Shown here piece after piece: positions 40,076-54,146 of a stretch of 64,000 bases of DNA (its first letter is position 1; every line of letters begins with the position of its first letter). The notes beneath the pieces are model-generated. The model was not told the DNA's origin, ran no database searches, and was given only the letters and a program-made list of their open reading frames with translations. The translations under genes and the position numbers were made by a program. The stretch comes from Octopus vulgaris (Eukaryota): positions 45,942,001-46,006,000 of the forward strand of contig OX597820.1 of NCBI GenBank assembly GCA_951406725.2. Reading direction: 5' to 3'.

Positions 40076-41175
40076 AAATTTACCAGTGAGGTGTTTATTT
40101 CCGCACTGACCACCTGGTAAAATTATTATTGATTTTACCCTTTTATTATAATTAATATTATAAATATCTATTATATAAAATCCGTTCTGTCTGTCTCTGT
40201 GTGTCTTCTAAGATCTCGGGCATCCTCCATCTGATTGCGCTCAAATTTGATATGTAGATACCGACGGTATCAGGGCGTGTATAAGTCTTGAAAAAATTAC
40301 AAGAATCGATTCCAAGTGAGACTGCGATCGATAAAGCACGTTTTTCTCTGGAATAGAAAAAGCGTATATTTTTATTTCTTCTTTTGCTGGTACCTCAAAT
40401 TTAGGTTAAATCAGTGTTTCTCAAAGGGGAGGCCTATGGGACGGTCGGACAAGTTGTTTTGAGAAAATTCGGTTCAAATTTTTGACAACTCAGCACCGTC
40501 CATTGGACGAGGGGTGGGGCGTTTTGCTCCTATATATATATACACATATATATAACTGGCACTCCATCGGTTACGCTGACGAGTGTTTCAGTTGATTTGA
40601 TCAAAGGAACAACCTACTCATGAACTTAACGTGCAAGTGGCTGAGCACTTTACAGACACGCGTACCCTTAACGTAATTCTCGGAGGGATTCAGTGTACCA
40701 CAGAACGGGACAAGGCCGGCCTTTTGAATTACAGGCACAACTAACTTCTGCTGAATGGACTAGAGCAACGGGAAATAAAGTGTCTTGCTCAAGGATGCAA
40801 CACGCCGCTGGGAATCGAACTCGCTACTTTACAACTGTGAGTCGATTACTTTAACCCTTAAGTCACGTATTTTCACACACACATGCACAAACACACGTGC
40901 GCACGCTCTAACACAATTATACACAGATACGTGCATAATATATATTTGTATATGAATATATACATGCATGAACCTATATACGTTATTTTCATTCTTTTGT
41001 TTTAATCCTTTGACTACGGCCGTGCTGGAGCACCGCCTTTAGTCAAACAAATCGAACTCGGGACTTATTCTTTGTAAGCTTAATACTTTTTCTATCGGTC
41101 ACTTTTGCCGAACTGTTAAGTTACGGAGACGTAAACATACGAACATCGGTTGTCAAATACATGCATACATACATG

Positions 41176-41215
<40 letters not shown>

Positions 41216-41228
41216 AATACATGTATAC

Positions 41229-41325
<97 letters not shown>

Positions 41326-41466
41326 CCTATATAATAATAAGGGTAAATAATTTCTTCGATGGTTTTTCAGACAACCAACAATTATGTACCGGTAGATTTC
41401 GGTATGTAAATATGACCATTAGCGGCGGGAACTTCTGGGATTGTTTTTCCTGTCTTGCCAGCTTTG

Positions 41467-41505
<39 letters not shown>

Positions 41506-42086
41506 ACGGGCTTCCACACAGTTTCCGTTTACCAAATTCACACACGGCATTGATCAGATCGGAGCTATAATAGAAGATACTTGTCCAAGGTTGCAAAGGG
41601 AGCCTCTTAACGACAAGGCCATGAATGTTCCTATGACTTGCTTTTCTTTCTTCTTTTCTTTTTTTGAGATGTCTGGCTGGTGGAGGAACGTACAGCCTCT
41701 GAGAGAAGCCTGGAATTTTGGATTTAAAAAAATGCATTTTTTGTTGGATTATATAACATTATGCTAATTATAATGTTCTTAAATTTTTTAAAAGATATCT
41801 ACATTTTGATTTCTTACGCATAATACCTATAATTATACTTCTATAGTAAATACATTTTACGGTATGTTTATTATTTTCTCTAATACGGCTTTACTAGATT
41901 ACACATAATTAAATCAAGTCTTCAAATATATAAAAAACAAAACAACAAAAGAGCGCTCCCCGCTCCTAGTCTTGTTCAACTGTACCAGTTTTATAGATTT
42001 AAATTGTACAAGGCCTCTTCCTTCGTTTTGCCTCTAAATATATTTGTAGTTTGCGATGTAGCATGTTGGTTTATGAATCATATACG

Positions 42087-43101
42087 AAGGCGGCGAGCTG
42101 GCAGAAACGTTAGCACGCCGGGCGAAATGCGTAGCCGTATTTCGTCTGTCGCTACGTTCTGAGTTCAAATTCTGCCGAGGTCGACTTTGCCTTTCATCCT
42201 TTCGGGGTCGATAAATTAAGTACCAGTTACGCACTGAGGTCGATATAATCGACTTAATCCGTTTGTCTGTCCTTGTTTGTCCTCTCTGTGTTTAGCCCCT
42301 TGTGGGTAGTAAAGAAATAGGTATTTCGTCTGCCGTCTGAGTTCAAATTCCGCCGAGGTCAACTTTGCCTTTCATCCTTTCGGGGTCGATAAATTAAGTA
42401 CCAGTTACGCACTGGGGTCGATATAATCGACTTAATCCATTTGTCTGTCCTTGTTTGTCCTAGCTCCTTGTGGATAGTAAAGAAATAGGTATTTCGTTTG
42501 TCCTTACATTCTCAGTTCAAATTCCGCCGAGGTCGACTTTGCCTTTTGGGGCCGATAAATTAAGTACCAATTAGTACCGGGGTCGATCTAATCGACTGTC
42601 CCCCTCCACCAAAATTTCTGGCCTTGTGCCTAGAGTAGAAAAGAATATTTATTTCTTTATTGCCCACAGGGAGGCTAAACAAGGACAGACAAAGGGATTA
42701 AGTCGATTACATCGGTCCCAGTGTGTAACCGGTACTTATTTAATCGACCCCGAAAGGTTGAAAGGCTAAGTCGACCTCGGTGGAATTTGAACTCAGAACG
42801 TAGCGGCAGACGAAATACCTATTTCTTTACTACCCACAAGGGGCTAAATACAGAGGAGACAAACAAGGACAGACAGACAGATTAAGTCGATTATATCGAC
42901 CCCAGTAGTAACTGGTACTTTTTTAATCGACCCCGAAAGGATGAAAGGCAAAGTCGACCTCGGCGGAATTTGAACTCAGAACGTAGCGGCAGACGAAATA
43001 CGGCTACGCATTTCGCCCGGCGTACTAACCTTTCTGCCAGCTCGCCGCCTTTTTCAAAGACAGATGTGTCTACCAGCTCGCCGCCCTAGTAGAAAAAAAT
43101 A
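42087..43101. mobile_element. Trimeric + SINE with nested inverted dimeric SINE
   Basis: 15-bp TSD ttatgaatcatatac at 42071-42085 and 43102-43116. Inner duplicated agtagaaaa.aatatt at ~42634 and ~43088. Confidence 0.85.
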
Positions 43102-44458
43102 TTATGAATCATATACACGACTATCGCGTGGGGTTGTGGAACGTAACACCCGCGAGAGGTGGAAATCCGCGAAGTAGTAACAGTACTATATATTTATTAT
43201 TTTTATGATTTGTATATATTTATTTAATTATAAATGTCAAACAATACCACGGAGGAATCGACGTAAGCTTAAATAATAAACGTGATATGTGAACCGCGAA
43301 ATGGCGAAGGATTACTATAAAGCTTTGACAGATGCTGGCATGGTAGTGTTGTTAAGAAGCTCGTTTTGCAACAAAGAGATTTCGGGTTCAGTTCCACTTG
43401 AGTAAGTGTCTTTTACTACATGGCTCCGGAGCGACCAATGCTCTTCGATGTAGAAGTCTGTCGAATGTGTGTGTTTGTGTTTCCCCACCCTCCTCGCAAC
43501 GTTTTTCAGGAGATGTTAGTTTGTTTATGTTCCAAGTAACTAGCGATTCGGCAAAAGAAACCAATTAAATAAATAAATACCAAACTTAAAAAATAAGGCT
43601 CTATTTGTTCGATTACACGCTTCAAGCATGACCACCGTCCAATGACCAAAACAAGGTCAAAAGATAATAGTTTTCATGAATTTGTGTCCAGTATTTTAAT
43701 GTCTTGTACATTCCAGTTTACTTAACTGAATCCGTAGCTTACCGCCGGGACTGCTAGGATGTTAATTGCTTTCATTTTATGTGTCGTGTTGAGTTCATCC
43801 TACACCTCTGAATTATATTAATTTCGGACTAAATTATTGCATTCTAGCGAGCTAAATATATTCACCTCTATAAACCTGCAGGAATATATACGCTTCAACT
43901 GTTTCCAGTTCATCTAATGTCATGCTCATTTAATTTTCACGGTTTATCAACTTGGACGACCTGCTCCTTTGAGTGTCGCCTTTGACCATGCGAAGCTTAA
44001 ATTCCATACCCACTTCACAGCTACAAAGTTTTACAGTTTATAGCATGGGTTGTGTTGTTTTATTTTTCATTCGTGTTTCTCTTTATATTTTACATCTTAG
44101 CTAAGATAACACAGTTGTTACTTTTTAATTTTCTTCAATACATCTGATAATATATTCTGTTAATTTGTGAGCAGATCTTGGGATTGTTTTTCCTTTCTTG
44201 CCAGCTTTGCTATGTTCCGTTATGTTGCTAAAAGCCTTTAGTTTGTTAGTGAAGAAGACTCTATAGATTCTTTTTCTTCGATTCTGCTTCAAGTCTATCG
44301 AATTCGTTTGTTTGTGCTGTTGCTTGACATAGTAGCGCACAATGAGATTCTGTATAGTATTGTCGTTTCGTCTGGTTAAGTCTCATTGCCAAAATGATCC
44401 CCATGTTTATATATTGATTCCGAACATGTTGGAAATCATATTATATAATACCTTGTAG

Positions 44459-44679
44459 GCGGCAAGCTGGCAGACACGTTAGCGCCCCGGGCGGAATGCT
44501 TCGCAGTATTTCGTCTGTCGTTACGTTCTGAGTTCAAATTCCGCCGAGGTCGACTTTTCCTTTCATCCTTTCGGGGTCGATAAATAAAAGTACCAGTCTC
44601 GCACTGGGGTCGATGTAATCGACTTAATCCCTTTGTTTGTCCTCTCTATGTTTAGCCCCTTGTGGGCAATAAAGAAATA
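44459..44679 (+). mobile_element. Monomeric SINE with TSD
   Basis: tatataataccttgtag at 44442-44458 and 44680-44696. Confidence 0.9.
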
Positions 44680-44707
44680 TATATAATACCTTGTAGAAGG
44701 ATTGGTT

Positions 44708-46151
44708 GTATCTTCTCGGTTTCACACGCCCGGTTCATATTTTTTTTTGAAATATTTTACATGCATGTAGTTTTCCAATCAAAACGAAAATCATAATCAT
44801 CTCCCACTACCACGACCACGACCACGACCACGAGAAATTAAAACTAAAGAAGTTATGTAACTTAAAAAATTGAAAAAACTAGGAAATTTCAGCAAATCCG
44901 GTGCAACCATTTTCGACGCGGTGCAAAGCGGAACTGATGTCCACTTGCAATTTCTTCCGTTATTATATTTATTTATTTATTTATTTATTGAAACGCGAGT
45001 TGTTTGAGATACGTCGGTAAAAATAAAAAGTATTTGATAAAAGAATACGAAATTAATGATGTAAATAATAAAAACGTAAAAGTCTTTTTAATGATAAAAA
45101 TATTTAATGAAAAAAGTGAAGCAATATATTTATTTTAAGTAAGAAAACGAAACAACACAACAAATTAACATATGGCCACTGGAATTCGGCTATGCGTTCT
45201 GATTTCCTTTGAAACAGGACAACAATTTCCGTGTCTGTGCTGTCACATAAACTCACAGAGTTATGAACCTATCGTAAAAGGTGGGTTTTGCAGTTCCACA
45301 CCTGCTGCGTCTCATGGCACACACCACCAAACACTCACAGCTTTGGTAGCGCTCTTCCTTGTTGGTATTTTCATCTAGAATTCATTGTCATGTCGATCTC
45401 GACGACCGTCCACGACCACCTAATCTGCATTGGGTCTTGTATAAGGTCTTCTGCATATACTTCCCTCATATAGTTGTTATAATCAACCACAATACTATAG
45501 TTTATTTCTAACTCCTCCTCACAGAAACGAACATTTCTAGGTTCTTTCACCCAACAATAAATAAATACAACCATAATCATTATTGGAAAAATATTACCTT
45601 CAAACAAGTTTCCTTTCCTAGCAGACACAAATTCTTTGGATGCAGTTTTCTTGCATTTCCAAGGGGTGCTTTCACCAACAACAGAAATTTTTATTTGGCG
45701 CTTTAGTTTACAGAGCCTTCTTGGCGGTAGTATCTACTTCTATTGGATATATTCTACTGCATCTTCCTCTCTTTTCAAAGTGACCCAAATTTTCCCAAAT
45801 TCGACCGCTCATGAGGATTTTCAATAAGCTGCTGCGAAATCGATATACTTGTTCGATATCTTTCTTCTCGTTTCTTTTCGATACACTCGCTTCATAAACA
45901 CGTCTAAAAAACAAAACGAAACCAGAAAAAAAAATGCAACTCAAATTACAGTTAGACGTCTGTTCTGACTTCCTACGAATAGACTATGGTCGCATCTGAT
46001 TAACAGAAATTCAATTAATAAAGTTACGTCACTTCTTCAGTTTTATTTCTCAGGAAGTGAATACGATTTTCGTAATTAGTACGAAAATCTACATCCGTGT
46101 AGAAATATTGAAAGAAACATTCGGATCTGGTGTATGAAACCGAACAGATCC
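44708..46151 (-). mobile_element. Decayed Merlin/IS1595 transposon (second family)
   Basis: Degenerate ~150-bp TIRs (tcggtttcacacgcc.. / ..ggtgtatgaaaccga). Minus-strand ORF ..VVDYNNYMREVY..L....QI....VVEID resembles the IS1595 transposase N-terminal half. Confidence 0.7.
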
Positions 46152-46264
46152 GATGTCTACAATGTTTACAGTATATGTATTATACTGGTAATGTTAAAGC
46201 ATTTCTGCATTGACAAGTTGCTATTTCCCCCCAATAATTGAAGAAGAAGAAGAAGAAGAAGAAG

Positions 46265-46328
<64 letters not shown>

Positions 46329-47051
46329 GTGGATGTGGAGTAAACAAATAAACAAGTTGTAATGAAATTAAAACCAAAAATATGCCTTCTATTTTCAGAA
46401 CAGTACCAGTAATAATCTTCAAAAGATTTATTGCAATTAATAATAAAAGATAATATTGTACTTAGAATTTTTGTCATTAGCAATTAGTGTGTTTGTAAAC
46501 GGCTATATTTTTAGATCTTAAGAAGTAATTGTGAAAGAGCATTCTTTGTGACAACTATTTCCGCTTCCTCTCAATTTTTATTACTTTATTTTTATATATA
46601 GTCCTTTTGTTGTTGAATTGGTCCTCGTACACTTTCAGTCGAAATTTTTTGCAAGAATATCAGATATTTACAAGAACACGAAGTAACCAATGAAAGCCAA
46701 TGGGCACGCGTCTCGGTGTCTAGAGAGGCAAGTCCATTCAGCTGAGAGACTTCTATGGCTGGTGTAGGAGTTTAGTAATTTTCCAATCGACTGCTCATGA
46801 TTTTCAATAAGTTGCTGTGGAATCGATACACTCGCTCTATACTTTCCTTCTCCCTTTTTGTGTTTTTTTGACATCCACATTTTATCCAAGCACCCAAAGG
46901 ACCCAACCCTCAGACAAATACAGGAGTACGTCCTCATAAATGAAACATCCCCAGTACAAATTAGGAAATATACGTAGTAGGTAATCATACCCCCATACCA
47001 ATAGTTTATATTTATATACAGGTAGAATAGTTAGTGGGCTATGTAGATGTA

Positions 47052-47097
<46 letters not shown>

Positions 47098-47333
47098 CAT
47101 ATGTATGTAGGCAAATGGATATGAAAGTAAACAGATAGGCATACAGACGGATAGGTACATAGATAATATGAACAGGGAAGCACATATACACATATATGTA
47201 CGCAAATGGAGACTGAAACGCATGACCATATACACACACACTTCACACAAGGACACATATGCAGACACACATCTGCACATTAGGAGATACACATCCATAC
47301 ATACAGACAAAGTACATAGTCACTAAAACCCGT

Positions 47334-47379
<46 letters not shown>

Positions 47380-47894
47380 AGACATGCACACACATATACA
47401 CGCACACATGCAAACATACACACACACACATAAAAATACACAAACACGAACACACAAACACATGAATATGCAGAAAACATACATACAAACGTACACACAT
47501 ACATATATATACACACACACACACCACACACACACATGCATACATGCACACACCTGCATGCATGCATACATGCCTGCATACATACATACATACATACATA
47601 CATACATACGTATATACATATACGTACATGTGTATGCGCTCACATACTGACCCACACACATGCGCACAAACAAACAAAAAAGAACGCATCGTGAGTAACG
47701 GACAGGGTCAACAACTATTGAAAAGATTGCAAGATGCAACGAAAATTTTAGAAAAGAAATGTGATTGAATGGAAATTTTACCAGTGAGTGTGTTAAATTA
47801 TAAGGCACTAAAGCAGTGACTCACCCCAGACATAACAGAATGTGCTTCAACACATGAACTCACATAAAGAATCTTGCTAACGAAATCTCAAAAC

Positions 47895-47953
<59 letters not shown>

Positions 47954-48140
47954 AAGATGAATAATATATATATATATATATATATATATTTGAAATAGAA
48001 AGATGAATAATCTTGTTGCAGATTAATCAAAAGTTTAACCGATACCTTAGTAGCAAAAATCACAGCAGAAGACAGCACGGTTGGAGGTACAACCATATGG
48101 TGTTGCAACCGTGCGTTGGTGCGGATAATTGAGTTTTAAT

Positions 48141-48538
48141 ATTATTAGTGAATTGAAGAAATGGAGTTGAACGAAGATTGAACAGAAATCGTTTTATTGC
48201 ATTCTACACGTGTTTCGAAAGGCACAATTTACCAAATTCCGATTGAATAAGGAGACCATATTGTGTCTTTCTCTTCAGGAAGAAATAGGAAATCCGTTGG
48301 AAAAAACAAAAACAGAACAGAGGCGGAGCAAAACAAATCGAACGAGGCTCCTAAGAGCCTCTGTTCTGTTTTTGTTTTTTCCAACGGATTTCCTATTTCT
48401 TCCTGAAGAGAAAGACACAATATGGTCTCCTTATTCAATCGGAATTTGGTAAATTGTGCCTTTCGAAACACGTGTAGAATGCAATAAAACGATTTCTGTT
48501 CAATCTTCGTTCAACTCCATTTCTTCAATTCACTAATA

Positions 48539-48540
<2 letters not shown>
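48141..48540. repeat. Perfect inverted repeat, 184-bp arms, 32-nt spacer
   Basis: 48141-48324 is the reverse complement of 48357-48540. The ORF track shows mirror-image peptides on both strands. Confidence 0.97.
48397..48479 (+). ncRNA. Hammerhead-like motif with extended stem II (mirror copy 48202-48284 on -)
   Basis: UUCUUC-CUGAAGA-GAAAG-A-CACAAU...AUUGUG-C-CUUUC-GAAA-CACGUG-U-AGAA; palindromic stem III. Confidence 0.7.
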
Positions 48541-48598
<58 letters not shown>

Positions 48599-48759
48599 AT
48601 ACAAATAAGAAAATGGAGGAACAAATTTATTTCAATCATCAACTTACAGATATTACCAATTCATATTATTTATTAACTACATAAATAGGAACATCCAAAT
48701 CCAACAAAACAATATACATCAATATGTAAAATAATAATACCATCTATCTCACTTTGTAC

Positions 48760-48813
<54 letters not shown>

Positions 48814-49094
48814 TGTGTGTGTGTGTGAGTTCGTGTGTTGAAGCATATTTTGTTGTGTCTGAGGAGAGCCATTCTCTTTTGTGCCTTATAATTTAACACA
48901 CCCACCTGTAAAATTTCCACTTCTTTCTTTTTTTTTCCTAAAATTTTCGTTGCATCATACAACCTTTTCAACAGTTGTTGACTCTGTCTGTTATCCAAGT
49001 TGCGTTCTTATATTGTTTGTTTGTGTGCACGTGTGTACCAACTCTACCGGCATGCAAAGGACCAACGCGGAGGTAACCTGAGTCAACACACGAA

Positions 49095-49164
<70 letters not shown>

Positions 49165-49300
49165 TGAAACTTCCCCTATACTAAACAGGAAATATACATA
49201 GTAGTTATCATACCCCCATACCCACAGTTTACACAGTAGAATAGAAAGCGGGCTTTTATGTAGATAGATACGTGTGTGTGTGTGTGTATAGGTGTATGCA

Positions 49301-49356
<56 letters not shown>

Positions 49357-49461
49357 AAAAGCAATTAAGATTCAAGTCAATTCCAATGGATTTACTTGAA
49401 GCCTGTCTTTGTATGAAACAATTGTACTAAAAACTAATCCATTCTTGTTGCTTCTTTCTCG

Positions 49462-49532
<71 letters not shown>

Positions 49533-49626
49533 GAAGCTTTATGAAAATAAACAAAAGACGAAGGCAGGTGGAAAACAAACGAACAATTGTATTAGTATGG
49601 CGCTCAGGAAATATAAATAAAACAAG

Positions 49627-49664
49627 TCTTTAACGTTTCGAGCCTACGCTCTTCAACAGAAAGA
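49627..49664 (-). ncRNA. Minimal hammerhead-like motif in 3' pLTR of copy B
   Basis: Reverse complement of 30531-30568. Confidence 0.7.
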
Positions 49665-50027
49665 TACACAGAGAGAGAAAAACACAGAAAGAAGGAGAGA
49701 AAAAAAATGCGTGCAGTAGCTAACGAATCAACATGGCGATCTGATTTCGGCCAGAGGTCAAAGATCAAACATGAGACGCGAGAGCGAAATAAGGGGAGAT
49801 AATAGGGTTGATAAAAGGGTTGAGGGACCAGCTAAAAGTGCGTGGGAGGGGTCTGGATGTGTGTATGTATAGGGTTGGTGTATGTATTAGTATGTATAAG
49901 GGTGTGTGTGTGTGTGTGTGTATGAGAGAGTATTAGTGCGTAAGATTGGTCTGGACGTGCGTATGTATGGGGTTGGTGTATGTATTAGTATGTATTAGTA
50001 TGTATTAGTACGTATTGGTATGTATAG

Positions 50028-50058
<31 letters not shown>

Positions 50059-50507
50059 TATAAGTGCGTATGCGGGGTCTGGACGTGTGTATGTATAGGG
50101 TTGGTGTAAGTATTAGTATGTACTGGTATGTATTAGTACGTATTAGTATGTATTAGTTGGTGTGTGTATTAGTATGGCACATCATATGTGATGTGATGTG
50201 TAAAGTCATGTGGTGTAGTGAGGAGAAGAGGGGGAGGGGGAGAAGAGGGGGAGAGAAGGCGAGGGAGAAGGGGGGGAGAGAAGAGGGGGAGGAGAAGGGG
50301 GAAGAGGAGAGGAGGGGGAGAAGGAAGGGGAGGAGGGGGATGAAGGAGGAAAGAGGGAGAGAGGGAGAGAGGAGTGAGGGAGCAGAGGGAAGGGGAAGAG
50401 GGAGGGAGAAAGAGGGAAGAAGGGAAGGGGAGTAGGGGTGAAAGGATGAAGGACTGAAGAAGTAGGGGTCGGGGGGAGAAAGGATAGGTGAGGAGGGGGA
50501 GAGGGGG

Positions 50508-53388
50508 TTAGATGAGGAGGGGGGAGAGTTGAGACCAAATGGCGTATAAGAGCGAAGAGAGAAGATTAATTCCTGTTCACGGCGCAAACGGGAATCCGGA
50601 TGGCCTCTGTGTAAGGACAAACCGAACACAGATAGGTGTTGCAAGGAGTGACCGGTGGAGCGGAAATGGCGTGAGACCGGTGTGTCGTTCGCAAGGTGGA
50701 TGTCACGAAGGTGTTCCGCGAACCGGTCAGCCAAGCGGCGTCCCGTTTGTCCGATGTACAAGGAATTGCAGAGAGAGCAAGAGATGCAATAGATAATATT
50801 GCTGGAGGTGCAGGTGAAGGAGTGGATGATGGGATAGGGTCGATGGTGGGTGCTAGTGAGGCGGGTGGTGTTGGAGAGGTAAGGGCAAGTGCGGCAACGT
50901 GGGCGGGAGCAGGGGAACGAGCCGGGTTGGGGGGTAGGGTCAGGGAAGGAGCTATGGACCAAAAGGTCTCGAAGGTTGTGGGCTCGTTTGAAAGAGGGGA
51001 GGGGTCGGTTAGGGAAGAGGTGTGAAGTGGACGGGTCGGACTGGAGATGACGGAAAGCTCGAAGAATGGTGCGTTGGAGACGTAGGGTCGTGGGGTGGTA
51101 AGTGAGGGGAAAAGGGAGGCGGGAGACTACAGGGCGGGTTCGGGGAGAGAGAGCAGATACACGGTCCACGGACCGTGCTCTGGCAAGGGCGGTGTGGATA
51201 GTGGTGAGGGGGTATCCACGTAGGGTGAAGTGGTGAGCCATACGTTGAGACTGAGTCTCAAAGTCATGGTCGTCACTACAGAGCCTACGTAGACGGAGGA
51301 ATTGGGAATAGGGGATGGAAAGCTTGGTGTGTTCTGGGTGGGAGGAAGAGAAGTTGAGGTATGAGTGTGAGTCTGTGTGTTTGTAGTGAATGGAGGTGGT
51401 AAGAGTGGAGTGAAGAATGCTAACCGAAATGTCGAGGAAGGAGACAGAGGTGTTGGAGATAGTGGAAGTGAAGTGGAGGGCTGGATGGAAAGATTGGACG
51501 AAAGAGAGGAAGGAATCTAGATGTTCGCGGGAGAGTGAGGTGGCACCGATAATGTCGTCAATATAACGACCATATAGTTCAGGAGTGGGACCAGTGAAAT
51601 TAGAGAATATTTGGGCCTCAACATAGCCAACGAACAGGTTCGCATAGTTGGGGCCCATTCGCGTTCCCATGGCCACTCCCGAGACCTGATGGTAGAACTC
51701 GCCCGCGAACGAGAAGCAGTTCAGAGTAAGGACAAGTTCGGCCAGACGAATGAGTGTGGAGGTGTCAGGTACAGGGTTAGAGCGGAGGTCAAGAAAGTGT
51801 CGAAGGGCCTGCAGTCCTTCGTGGTGAGGGATAACAGTATAGAGGCTTTGGATGTCCATAGTAAAAAGGATTTTGGAGGAGCCGGGAGGAAAGGAGAAAG
51901 AGTTGAAAAGCCGGAGAGCATGGTTGGTATCGTGGATGTGGGAGGGAAGAGATGCCACTAGGGGGGCAAGGACACGGTCGAGGTATTTAGAGATGAGCTC
52001 CGTGGGGCAGTTACAGGCGGAGACGATGGGGCGGCCAGGGTTGTTGGGTTTGTGGATTTTGGGGAGGAAGTAAATGGTGGGGGTACGTGGGGTTCGCGCA
52101 ATTAGGTTGGATGCGGTGCGGGGGAGACGGGAGGACGAGATGAGGTCTTGGACAGTAGAGGATACCGTCTGTTGGTAGCTACGTGTGGGGTTAGAGGGCA
52201 GAGGGGAATAGAAGGAGGTGTCATTGAGTTGGCGGAAAGCCTCGGCCCTATAGAGGTCCGCGCTCCACACCACTACAGCTCCACCCTTGTCAGCCGGTTT
52301 GATGATAATGTCAGCGCGCCGTTGGAGGGAACGAAGAGCCAAGAGCTCAGCCGGGGAGATGTTGAGGCGGCGTTGGCGCCTGGAGAAGTTGAACCGCTCC
52401 AATGCACTGCTAGGATCTGGCCAGGGGCAGGCGTCCACGGGGATGGTCGGCGGCCCAGGCCAGTGAAGCAGTCGTCCTCTTCGTTGGGTGTGGGTGGCGA
52501 GTCGTGGTAATGCGCACCCAACCGGACACGGCGCACAAAGCTGTGGACATCAACTCGCGTCTGGAATTCCTTACAGGATGGAGTGAGGGGGATGAAACGC
52601 AGACCCCTACCAAGGACGGAGCGTTCAGCCGCAGAGAGGGGAAGATCGGGGGGAATGGTAACAACAGACGGAAGTGGAGAAGGGGTGGGTGGAATAGAAG
52701 TAGGAGGGGTGGTAGGTCTCGTGGAGGTCTGAGGGGGAGGGATTGGGGAGGTGTGTGGGGGGTGGTTGGGCGGGGCAGTAGGGTTAGGTGTAGGTGGATG
52801 GAGCCTAACGGGAGGGGAGAAGGGGTTGTAGGGAGGGGCAGTGGGGTTAGGTGTGGGTGGATGGAGCCTATCGGGAGGGGAGAAGGGTGGTGGAGGAGTT
52901 GGGGTAGTGGCGTCGGGTAGGGTGGAATGGAAGAGTGATTGGAGTTTACGAAGTTTGGTATCAGAAAGAAATTGATGGAAGAGTTGATTCAAATGGATAA
53001 TGAAGCGTAGCGTGTTTGGAGCATAGAGAGGCGGCAGAGAGGAGAAGAAGGTGGAGAAAGCAGGAGGAAGAAGGCGGTTGATGGCATGTAGTTTGGAGAG
53101 ATTGGAGCGAATGGTGGCCCGCATAAGGCGGTAAGATGTGGTGCAGAGTATGGGTAAGATGGAAGAATCCGAGTGGAGAGCAGGGTGGAAGTGGAGGCGG
53201 AAACCTTTAGGGATGAGTCGGTGATGTAGGCAGCGGCTTAGGAAAGAGACATGGCTAGAGAAGCGGTTTTTTTTAAAAAGAAGTAGAGAGAGATTAACGG
53301 ACGGCTGAAGGCAATACACAGGAAGCGAACGTAGATGATCCTTCAAACGGTGATGGAGGGTGAGGAGGTAGGACCTAGGATCCGGCAT
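50508..53388 (-). pseudogene. PLE RT/GIY-YIG polyprotein, copy B, broken by a 28-bp deletion
   Basis: ORFs 52273-53433 and 50153-52438 together reproduce the copy A protein. The deletion junction at ~52404 removes A 32281-32308. Confidence 0.92.
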
Positions 53389-54108
53389 GATGGGATAGCG
53401 GAAAAAAAACGTTCGAAAAAACAAAAAAAACAAAAAACAAAAATTATCGTATGAAAAAAATAGAAAAAAAGGGATAGCGAAAAAAGGGGAAAAAACAAAC
53501 GTTCAAAAAAACAAAAAAATAATAATCGTATGAAAAAACTAGATAAGTAAGCGATAGGGGCAGAAAAGACGGGGCAAACGGAAAAGGGAAAGAAAGAAGG
53601 GAAGCAGAGAGAGGGGGAGGCAAAAAAGGGGGTGCAGGCAGAGGAAACGGAGTATGGACATCCAGAGAGGGAAGAAAGACGGAAAGGAGAACAAAAATTC
53701 AGGAAAATGTGGGAAGCATGGAATGAATGTAAAAAAAGTGGTAATATAAGAGAAAATAAAAATACAACAAACGGGACAGTTTATGCGAACAAGTTCAAGG
53801 TTGAAAGTTCAAGGTGAGAAATGTGTAGACGTCGTGGTATATTTTTTAAGGATTTCACATCAATGCAAAGTCACTTTGATCCGCGAAAGAGAGGTGCAGC
53901 CAATGGTAAGTATCCAAGAGGTAAAGAAAATCCAAGGTAGAGGTAAGTGTTGATAGTGGTATTGGTAGAATATAGGATGAAAGTGAGACCACGTGAGCGC
54001 ATAATATATAACGGGAAGCTTTATGAAAATAAACAAAAGACGAAGGCAGGTGGAAAACAAACGAACAATTGTATTAGTATGGCGCTCAGGAAATATAAAT
54101 AAAACAAG

Positions 54109-54146
54109 TCTTTAACGTTTCGAGCCTACGCTCTTCAACAGAAAGA
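54109..54146 (-). ncRNA. Minimal hammerhead-like motif in 5' pLTR of copy B
   Basis: Reverse complement of 30531-30568. Confidence 0.7.

Noticed and set aside
50153-50507. Extended Pro/Ser C-terminal tail of the copy B protein
   Set aside because: Due to a 1-bp shorter C homopolymer relative to copy A, which stops at LNSPPLLI*.
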